Source of the DNA: a virus
Length of the DNA: 64,000 nucleotides
Direction: 5' to 3' (one strand)
IMG/VR virus record: IMGVR_UViG_3300027833_003138
Location: 64,001-128,000 of that record
The notes under the pieces are model-generated. The model saw nothing but the letters and a program-made list of their open reading frames with translations. It searched no databases and was not told the origin of the DNA. Of the stretch, positions 57,594 through 64,000 are shown in pieces (positions within the stretch are counted from its first letter, which is position 1; every line of letters starts with the position of its first letter). A program made the position numbers and the translations under genes.

Positions 57594-58381
57594 TAAGCTA
57601 TTGTAGATATATGTCCCCTGTTTCTCCATTTTTTGCCATCTTTACATAGGATCGTTTTTATATTACCAAAGGAATTTGTACCTGTCAGTTGTTTATATTT
57701 ACATTGTTGTATGTTCAGGCACGTTGTTATTACGGACTCGGGGACTTTAATCATGTATTCTGGGTACCCACTCTCCCACATAGTTTGTATAGATGTGGTC
57801 ACGCTAGACAGGCAGTTGGCATATTTGCTCATTTGGTCTGGGCTTCCTACTGCTAATTGGTCATTAACTTGATTTGGTAGCGAAGCTTTTTCATGCACAA
57901 AACTAAAGCTAAATTCATTTTTCATTTCTTTTTCATGATCATAAATATTGTCACTTTCGAATAACGGCAATCTAATGTGTTTGTTTTTTAAGCAATCTTT
58001 TATTTCGTGAGTTTTTATTTGCTCTAGTACTTGTATGTCCGGCCTTAGCCTTATAACTAAGTCATAATTAATTTTTTTCAACGAAGCGTAATTGTGAAAC
58101 ATCGTGTTTGAGGCCTTTACCCCTACCAGCATCGGAATTAGTCCGGGGCCTGGCTCGCAGGGTAAGTTCTTTGTTGGATCCAATAGCTTCATTGTTTTCT
58201 CAAAATTAAGTATTTCCCGTTTTACAGGGTTGTAATAATTAGCAAAGTCGTAAGACGGTTGGTCTTCCCAGGTTGTAAGGAAGATATCTGGCCTTAATGG
58301 CCAGATTATGTTTTTTGTAATTGACTCCACGCAATGCTTCCAGTCTCCGAGTTTGCCGCTAAATAATAATGCTGTTCTCAT
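57593..58381 (-). CDS. putative glycosyltransferase-like protein
   Basis: A...SG.L...DIF..TW...YD.VIR.RPD...NDQ.A.G...Y...PE pattern common in viral glycan loci. Confidence 0.6.
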   Translation of the reverse strand: MRTALLFSGKLGDWKHCVESITKNIIWPLRPDIFLTTWEDQPSYDFANYYNPVKREILNFEKTMKLLDPTKNLPCEPGPGLIPMLVGVKASNTMFHNYASLKKINYDLVIRLRPDIQVLEQIKTHEIKDCLKNKHIRLPLFESDNIYDHEKEMKNEFSFSFVHEKASLPNQVNDQLAVGSPDQMSKYANCLSSVTTSIQTMWESGYPEYMIKVPESVITTCLNIQQCKYKQLTGTNSFGNIKTILCKDGKKWRNRGHISTIA

Positions 58382-59328
58382 TCTGTGATATACTCTGTTA
58401 TGTCTCTCTGCGCTACAAGCTGCTCTATATTATCCAACAGGAAGGGGTAGAGCTTGTACGCCGGATTCCTTAATGTGTTTTTTATTATTCTAGACGCGCT
58501 TTTTATGTCATAATGCAATGGGAATACAAACTTTTCGTTAAATAACCAACGTATAAGATAAGAATATTGTACGGTTCCGTATTGCTCGCAATATTTTGAA
58601 AAGGTGAACGTGGGCTTTCCTAGGTGGTAGGGTATATATCTAACCCCAGAATCAATACCAAAGAAAGCTATACATTTACTTGATGCGTAAAATATTTCCT
58701 CAAGAGATAGAGAGAGAAAAGATATGTTTTCTAAGTTTTCGTTCATCAGTTTTGAGTATTTGTGCTCCGACTTTTCGTCGTAAAGTATTACTAGGTGAAA
58801 GTCTTGTATTATGTTTTTTATTAATTTATTTATATACCAATCTTCCATGTTAGAGTCAGCACCGTCCCTGGCATATAGATGTGCAAGCACAAATTTGTCA
58901 GGGAGCTCTACTCCGGTTTTTGGTTGAACCTGTGGCGCGGGGAAAAAATTAAAATTCTTGAACCAGTCGTACTCATGATTTAGCCATTCCAGTGAGTCTA
59001 TATGAAGATCGTAAAACTTGTCATAAGAGGATTCCATCCTTGCTCTAATCTCATCTGGGACATTATTTATATTTCCGGGATGAAGTTCTTCGGGAAAATT
59101 AGAACATTTGATTTTGAATTTATTGTATTTTTTGTCCTTAATAATAAATGTGTTTTCAAAATGAGACGGCCACATGGCGTTTAGTATATTTGATTGGGCT
59201 CTGTTTCCTTCTGTATCTGAAAAAAGATCTATAGTACAATCTGGGTGAAGCTGTTTTATTGCAGGTATAAACCTGTTTGCTGCAAAATGGTCGCCCAAAC
59301 CCCCTTCCATCCTTACGGAAACTCTCAC
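58378..59328 (-). CDS. GT9-like glycosyltransferase
   Basis: GGLGD......AIK..HP and F.GIDSG......LGKP. Confidence 0.7.
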   Translation of the reverse strand: MRVSVRMEGGLGDHFAANRFIPAIKQLHPDCTIDLFSDTEGNRAQSNILNAMWPSHFENTFIIKDKKYNKFKIKCSNFPEELHPGNINNVPDEIRARMESSYDKFYDLHIDSLEWLNHEYDWFKNFNFFPAPQVQPKTGVELPDKFVLAHLYARDGADSNMEDWYINKLIKNIIQDFHLVILYDEKSEHKYSKLMNENLENISFLSLSLEEIFYASSKCIAFFGIDSGVRYIPYHLGKPTFTFSKYCEQYGTVQYSYLIRWLFNEKFVFPLHYDIKSASRIIKNTLRNPAYKLYPFLLDNIEQLVAQRDITEYITE

Positions 59329-59633
59329 GACACCCTCCCGTTTACTAGAACCTTGCCCTCTATCACAAATGTTTTTAGCTGGGTTAACATCTTGTTTGCA
59401 GTCTTTCTTCTTTTTATGTGGTTGTTTGTGGAAAGCCTCTTCATGCTTGCCGATATCTTGCCGTAGGACATGCCCCCTAGGTCTTCTGCTATTTTGTTAT
59501 TGGAAAAGAATATAGGTTTGCCGTGCCCCCCTTTCGTCAATAAATAGCTGTATACTACTAAATCGTTTCCTATTAATCTTCCACTAATCACATCTTCTTG
59601 TATTACCATTGGTATCTGTATAAATTTTCTCAT
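59325..59633 (-). CDS. winged helix-turn-helix DNA-binding protein
   Basis: VY.YL......F.S...IA..LG.S...I....K.L.....I.R; start moved to ATG 59633 after a promoter. Confidence 0.7.
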   Translation of the reverse strand: MRKFIQIPMVIQEDVISGRLIGNDLVVYSYLLTKGGHGKPIFFSNNKIAEDLGGMSYGKISASMKRLSTNNHIKRRKTANKMLTQLKTFVIEGKVLVNGRVS

Positions 59634-59640
59634 GCCGACA

Positions 59641-59669
59641 ATAGTACCATACGATTTGTTTTTCGTCAA
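59641..59669 (-). promoter_or_regulatory. sigma70-type promoter TTGACG-N17-TACTAT
   Basis: Minus strand: TTGACG aaaaacaaatcgtatgg TACTAT tgtcggc ATG; heads the glycan operon. Confidence 0.7.
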
Positions 59670-59771
59670 GTAGAATTCATAAAAATCAATTCTAGTAGTT
59701 CAAAAAATTGAACGATGTTAATAGTATAGAGTTCCTTACTATATTTTTTATTAATATATAAATATAAGATA

Positions 59772-59800
59772 TTGACATTATTGAGTTTTGATGATATACT
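59772..59800 (+). promoter_or_regulatory. sigma70-type promoter TTGACA-N17-TATACT
   Basis: TTGACA ttattgagttttgatga TATACT gttctc ATG. Confidence 0.85.
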
Positions 59801-59806
59801 GTTCTC

Positions 59807-60103
59807 ATGAAATTTATAGATTTAAGTGATGATAGATACTTTTTAATAAAGTGTTCTGACTGGTCGGTGATTCTATCCGCCGAAGATGAGGTCGAAGCCT
59901 GCACCGTAGCCTTAACGGGAATGCTGGAAAAAAGGGGTAAGCAGTTAAAACTCTCATCAGTAATGATATCCAACGAACTAAAGCATGATGTCATGGATGA
60001 AGACTATGATGAGCTAGTAGCTTACCACTCTGTATCAAGAATGCTCGCCAATGCAGGAATGCACGAGCTTTCATCTAATATGAAAAGTATATTTGGAGCA
60101 TAA
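59807..60103 (+). CDS. hypothetical protein
   Basis: 98-aa ORF 6 nt after the -10 box. Confidence 0.7.
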   Translation: MKFIDLSDDRYFLIKCSDWSVILSAEDEVEACTVALTGMLEKRGKQLKLSSVMISNELKHDVMDEDYDELVAYHSVSRMLANAGMHELSSNMKSIFGA

Positions 60104-60108
60104 AAAAT

Positions 60109-60657
60109 ATGAAGATAATAGGAATATCGGGGCTGGCGAGGTCGGGAAAAGATTCATTTTATGAATTTTGTAAACCATTACTGGATCAGGAAGGAATAGG
60201 GCACAGGAGAATGGCATTCGCGGACGAACTGAAAGAAGAGGCAGATACTATCTTGAGTAAATACGTAGGCATATCAGCATTTACTGAAGATACCGAAGAA
60301 AAGAAGATTATACGCCCGCTTCTAGTTACCTACGGCACACACATAAGAAGAAAGATGAACCCAGATTGCTGGATAGAGAAAGTGAGAGGCAAAATGAGGC
60401 GCCTTGAAAAAAGCGAAGAAATTGTCTTCATAACGGACGTTAGATTCAAGAACGAAATAGAATGGGTGCACAAAGAAGGGGGGTCTTCGATACATGTATC
60501 TAGGTCCGGCATAGTCCCCCCAAACGAAGATGAAAAACAGAACGATCCCATCCTAAGAAAAGAATCTAATTTCAGAATAAAATGGAATAACTTTGACACA
60601 GAAGATATGATCAAGATAAACAACGAGGTAAATGAAATACTAAAATCTATACTATGA
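60109..60657 (+). CDS. deoxynucleoside monophosphate kinase (T4 gp1-like)
   Basis: IIGISG.ARSGKD, AFAD.LK, R.LL..YGT...R....W, ITDVRF.NE. Confidence 0.85.
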   Translation: MKIIGISGLARSGKDSFYEFCKPLLDQEGIGHRRMAFADELKEEADTILSKYVGISAFTEDTEEKKIIRPLLVTYGTHIRRKMNPDCWIEKVRGKMRRLEKSEEIVFITDVRFKNEIEWVHKEGGSSIHVSRSGIVPPNEDEKQNDPILRKESNFRIKWNNFDTEDMIKINNEVNEILKSIL

Positions 60658-61256
60658 ATAATTTATCTGATTTAGAAATAATAAACGAAATCAAGGAAGA
60701 TAAGAACGTTGAGGAGAATTTGCAAAATTTAGTCGAAAGACATAGCGGTATTTATCTAGACATGGTTAATGCCTACTCATCAAACGGCAACCCCTACATA
60801 GACAGGTCTGAGCTGGTAAAAGACAAGGAGTACAAGATATACCTAGCGGCGCTTAATTTTGACGAAAGTAGAGGTGCTAAATTCAGCACTTACCTAGGGA
60901 ACGAAACTAAATGGTCTTGCCTAAACACTTACAATAAAAACAAAAGAAAGCCGGTATTCAACTCTGAATATATAGAAAATATGCCCGAAAACCCAAATTT
61001 TAACGAAGAGAATATGGCTGAATCACTAAAGAGAGACATGTTTGATAAAGTTTTATCAATCATCAAGCATCACCCCGACAAAAGAGTTGAAAAAATATTT
61101 AAAATGAGATATATTATAGGAACAAAAAACAAAGTTATGGCATGGAAAGACATAGGAAACAAAATGAAATTAAGTATACAAGGCTGCATAAACATTCACA
61201 ACTCAGCGGTTGTTCACGTCCAAGAAGAATTGAAAGGGGAGTTAAGTTTTGAATAA
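60654..61256 (+). CDS. sigma70-family RNA polymerase sigma factor-like protein
   Basis: Region 2-like A..FD..RG.KFSTYL and region 4 HTH (IF.MRY......W..IG..M.LS......IH..A). Confidence 0.75.
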   Translation: MNNLSDLEIINEIKEDKNVEENLQNLVERHSGIYLDMVNAYSSNGNPYIDRSELVKDKEYKIYLAALNFDESRGAKFSTYLGNETKWSCLNTYNKNKRKPVFNSEYIENMPENPNFNEENMAESLKRDMFDKVLSIIKHHPDKRVEKIFKMRYIIGTKNKVMAWKDIGNKMKLSIQGCINIHNSAVVHVQEELKGELSFE

Positions 61257-61629
61257 GTTCATAGGGCTAGGCAATCTAACGAAAGATCCAGAGCTTAAAG
61301 AGATTAAATCAGGAAAGTCGGTTTGTGTATTTAGCATAGCCATAAATAATAAAGTTAACGACTCTGTTACATTTGTTGATGTAGAGACATGGAATAAGTC
61401 TGCAGAAAATTGCGCAAGGTTCCTCAGTAAGGGAAGGAAGGTTCTAGTAGAAGGGAGGCTTCAATTAAACACCTGGAACTCCAAGAGTGGAGAGACTAGA
61501 AGTAAGTTGTTTTGTATAGCCGACCTAGTAACCTTCTTGGATAAATCTAGCGAGAATCAAGAATCAAGCAACAACCAACAGCAATCCGCACCAATCGAAG
61601 AAGATGAATTTGCGGACATTCCATTCTGA
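61249..61629 (+). CDS. ssb: single-stranded DNA-binding protein
   Basis: N.....GNLTKDPEL...F.IA.N...W...AE....L.KG..V.VEGRL....W and DIPF tail. Confidence 0.93.
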   Translation: MNKFIGLGNLTKDPELKEIKSGKSVCVFSIAINNKVNDSVTFVDVETWNKSAENCARFLSKGRKVLVEGRLQLNTWNSKSGETRSKLFCIADLVTFLDKSSENQESSNNQQQSAPIEEDEFADIPF

Positions 61630-62684
61630 TGAACAAATTAATATTCAAAGCCCCGCTAAACTCTTTGTCCTTCGGCAACGTTTCCTTTAACATACTTAAG
61701 GAAATTTTCAAAAAAGGTATAGACTTGGCTCTATTTCCTATTGGCAAGGTTGATATTAACTCGTTTGGGGAACAGAGCGAGGAATTCAAAAACTGGCTAG
61801 AAGACTCCATAAACAACAGGTTTACAAAATTAAACAAAGACACAACAACATTGCAAATGTGGCATCTAAACGGCTCTGAAAACAGGATAAGTAGAAAACA
61901 AATACTTTACACCTTTTTTGAGCTCGATAAACCTACAGGCAGTGAGATTAATCTTGGATCTATGCAGGATAAGCTTGTGTTTAGTAGCTCTTATGCTTCG
62001 GATAAATTCCCGGGCAGCAGCTTTGCGCCGCTAGGTTTTGATGAAACGTTTTTCAAAACAGACAAGCCCTACATGGGAAACAAGATTCACTTTGGATTAA
62101 TGGGAAAGTTTGAAAAAAGAAAACACACAGCCAAGTTAATAAAAGCCTGGATAAAGAAATACGGAAACAACTACAACTACCAACTAACATGTTGCGTAAC
62201 CAACCCGTTTTTCAAAAAAGAGCAGATGGAATCTATCTTGAGAGAAACGCTGGGAGGAAAGGCCTATGGAAATATAAACTTCCTTCCGTTCCTACCGCAA
62301 AACGCACAGGTAAATGACTTCTTGAACTCTATAGATATTGATATAGGAGGAATGAGCGGAGCGGAGGGCTGGAACCTTCCTTCTTTTAACGCATCCTGTT
62401 TGGGCAAGTGGAGTATCGTACTTAACTCAACGAGCCATAAAGATTGGGCGACCAAAGAAAACTGCATATTAGTAGAGCCAGACGGAAAAGAAGAAATATA
62501 CGACAACATGTTCTTCCATAAAGGGGCTGCGTTTAACCAGGGAAGCATGTATACCTTTGATGAAGAAGAGTTTGTATCCGCAATGGAAAAGGCTGAATCA
62601 ATTTGCAGAAACGAGAACAATGAAGGTATCAAACTTAGGAACAAATTCACATACAAGAACACACTAGAAAGGATACTAGAATAA
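61629..62684 (+). CDS. GT4 glycosyltransferase
   Basis: GKFEKRK and SGAEGWNLP...A..LGK signature. Confidence 0.8.
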   Translation: MNKLIFKAPLNSLSFGNVSFNILKEIFKKGIDLALFPIGKVDINSFGEQSEEFKNWLEDSINNRFTKLNKDTTTLQMWHLNGSENRISRKQILYTFFELDKPTGSEINLGSMQDKLVFSSSYASDKFPGSSFAPLGFDETFFKTDKPYMGNKIHFGLMGKFEKRKHTAKLIKAWIKKYGNNYNYQLTCCVTNPFFKKEQMESILRETLGGKAYGNINFLPFLPQNAQVNDFLNSIDIDIGGMSGAEGWNLPSFNASCLGKWSIVLNSTSHKDWATKENCILVEPDGKEEIYDNMFFHKGAAFNQGSMYTFDEEEFVSAMEKAESICRNENNEGIKLRNKFTYKNTLERILE

Positions 62685-63028
62685 TGCCTCTATATACATA
62701 CGAGCACCCAGAAAACGGAAAAACTGTCGACTTAATACAATCAATGAACGATAAGCATATTTATGTAGATGACTCTGGATTAAAATGGAACAGGGTCTTC
62801 CATTCCCCTCAAACATCAATAGATGCAGAGATTGACCCGTTCGACAAACAGGCATTTAAGGATAAGACCAATAACAAAAAAGGTACCTACGGAGATTTTC
62901 TAGATAAGAGTAAGGAATTAAGTCAAAAAAGAAAAGATAAGTGCGGTTACGACCCAATACAAAAAAAATTCTTTAAAGAATATAGCTCAAAAAGAAGGGG
63001 AGTCAAACATCCTCTAGATAGAGACTAA
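62684..63028 (+). CDS. FmdB-like regulatory protein (Cys-less variant)
   Basis: MPLY.Y.H...G......SM...H.......W.RV. Confidence 0.55.
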   Translation: MPLYTYEHPENGKTVDLIQSMNDKHIYVDDSGLKWNRVFHSPQTSIDAEIDPFDKQAFKDKTNNKKGTYGDFLDKSKELSQKRKDKCGYDPIQKKFFKEYSSKRRGVKHPLDRD

Positions 63029-63035
63029 AATTTCG

Positions 63036-63040
63036 GTGTA
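63036..63040 (+). promoter_or_regulatory. GTGTA motif 12 nt before ATG 63053
   Basis: In a 24-nt intergenic gap. Confidence 0.55.
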
Positions 63041-63052
63041 ATAACTTCTGGC

Positions 63053-64000
63053 ATGAAGAACCCAGAAGATTTTAAAAATAATCCGTTATATACTGATATA
63101 ACGAAACTTGATCATTTATCACCGTCCCCTTCTTTTAATTATAGCTGGAGCCATGACTCGGGGCGATGGGAGCCCCAATCAGATATATTCAGCGGCTACA
63201 TCGACTTAAGTGATACCCATAAGATATTACTTGGGATATCAGGAACCATACAAGGTTTTACTGGCGCCTTAAGCGATATAAATATTGGAGTAAACCTAGA
63301 CCAAGACACAGAAGCCCACAGGCTGCTATCAGGAATATCTGGATCATTAGGAAATAATAATGATGGAGAAACCCACAGGTTACTATCAGGAATATCTGGA
63401 TCATTAGGAAATAATAATGATGGAGAAACCCACAGGTTACTATCAGGAATATCTGGATCATTAGGAAATAATAACGACGGAGAAACCCACAGGCTACTAT
63501 CGGGAATATCTGGCGCTATAGGCAATAATAACGACTTAGAGACTCACAGGCTCCTATCTGGACTATCGGGAGAGCTTTCTAATATACATATCGGAGTAGA
63601 TCTAGATCACGACACAGAAACCCATAGGCTCTTATCTGGGATCTCGGGAGAGCTCTCTAACATTCACATCGGAGTAGATCTAGACCACGATACAGAAACT
63701 CATAAATTGCTATCGGGAATATCTTCGCAGTTGATAGATATAAAAAAAGGCGTAGACCTAGACTCAGACTCGGAAACCCATACTCTATTAAGCGCTGTAA
63801 TAGCTAAGCTAGATAATGTCGGCGGAAGCCTCTCGCTCTGCGAGGGAACAAGAAGGCTCTACCAACCCTGGAAATTAAGAACGAAGACCGTTAAGCAGAA
63901 AATAGAAGAGGACTTTATATTAATGGAAAATATATCTAATGAAGATAGATACGGTTATTCCACAGGCGTTACCTACGGATCCGACAGGAGCTTATTTGAT
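63053..64000 (+). CDS. repeat-containing probable virion protein (runs off window end)
   Basis: Manual translation open to the end: MKNPEDFKNNPLY...THRLLSGISGSLGNNNDGE repeats; absent from ORF track because no stop is in the window. Confidence 0.8.
   Translation, partial: MKNPEDFKNNPLYTDITKLDHLSPSPSFNYSWSHDSGRWEPQSDIFSGYIDLSDTHKILLGISGTIQGFTGALSDINIGVNLDQDTEAHRLLSGISGSLGNNNDGETHRLLSGISGSLGNNNDGETHRLLSGISGSLGNNNDGETHRLLSGISGAIGNNNDLETHRLLSGLSGELSNIHIGVDLDHDTETHRLLSGISGELSNIHIGVDLDHDTETHKLLSGISSQLIDIKKGVDLDSDSETHTLLSAVIAKLDNVGGSLSLCEGTRRLYQPWKLRTKTVKQKIEEDFILMENISNEDRYGYSTGVTYGSDRSLFD
63317..63800 (+). repeat. tandem repeats of 57 nt (19 aa) then 78 nt (26 aa)
   Basis: His codons of H(R/K/T)LLS at 63317, 63374, 63431, 63488, 63545, 63623, 63701, 63779. 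Confidence 0.9.

Noticed and set aside
2169-63525. Short antisense or nested ORFs from the track (e.g. 2169..2603, 7788..8348, 44643..45176, 63196..63525)
   Set aside because: Shadows of well-supported genes on the other strand or frame, with no recognisable motifs.
63317-63800. CRISPR array
   Set aside because: Units are contiguous, in-frame multiples of 3 with no unique spacers; same for repeats at 6561 and 8502.
1-64000. Stop codon reassignment
   Set aside because: Long genes are intact in the standard code and TAA, TGA and TAG all end genes.

Overview
64 kb internal segment of a large, AT-rich dsDNA tailed phage (siphovirus-like, lambda-type tail tip); no cellular housekeeping context. 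Left (1-5.8 kb, minus strand): nucleotide metabolism and recombination genes (dUTPase, dCMP deaminase, Holliday-junction resolvase-like nuclease, RuvB, NDT-like) and a complete tmRNA. Middle (5.8-45.5 kb): virion module with fibre-like proteins, head-tail connectors, tail tube and tube-like paralogs, chaperones, a 2322-aa tape measure, and gpM/L/K/I-J-like tip proteins. Right (45.5-62.7 kb): a dense glycan-modification cluster (about 8 glycosyltransferase-like genes including an exostosin/GT47-like one, plus sulfotransferase, methyltransferase, WavE-like, HAD-nucleotidyltransferase, cupin, GDPD-like), then dNMP kinase, sigma factor and SSB. Most notable: (1) virion proteins are strongly enriched in Ser-Gly/Thr-Gly dipeptides next to a glycosylation/sulfation cluster, suggesting a proteoglycan-like virion glycosylation system; (2) the tape measure carries five AxG(F/Y/H)(I/V)PN(F/Y)A repeats bracketing cargo segments, one resembling a PD-(D/E)XK nuclease; (3) two promoter classes, sigma70-type and a GTGTA motif before structural genes, both often implying leaderless mRNAs; (4) a candidate small RNA at about 15.14-15.24 kb. 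All protein calls come from motif recognition by eye, without database searches.
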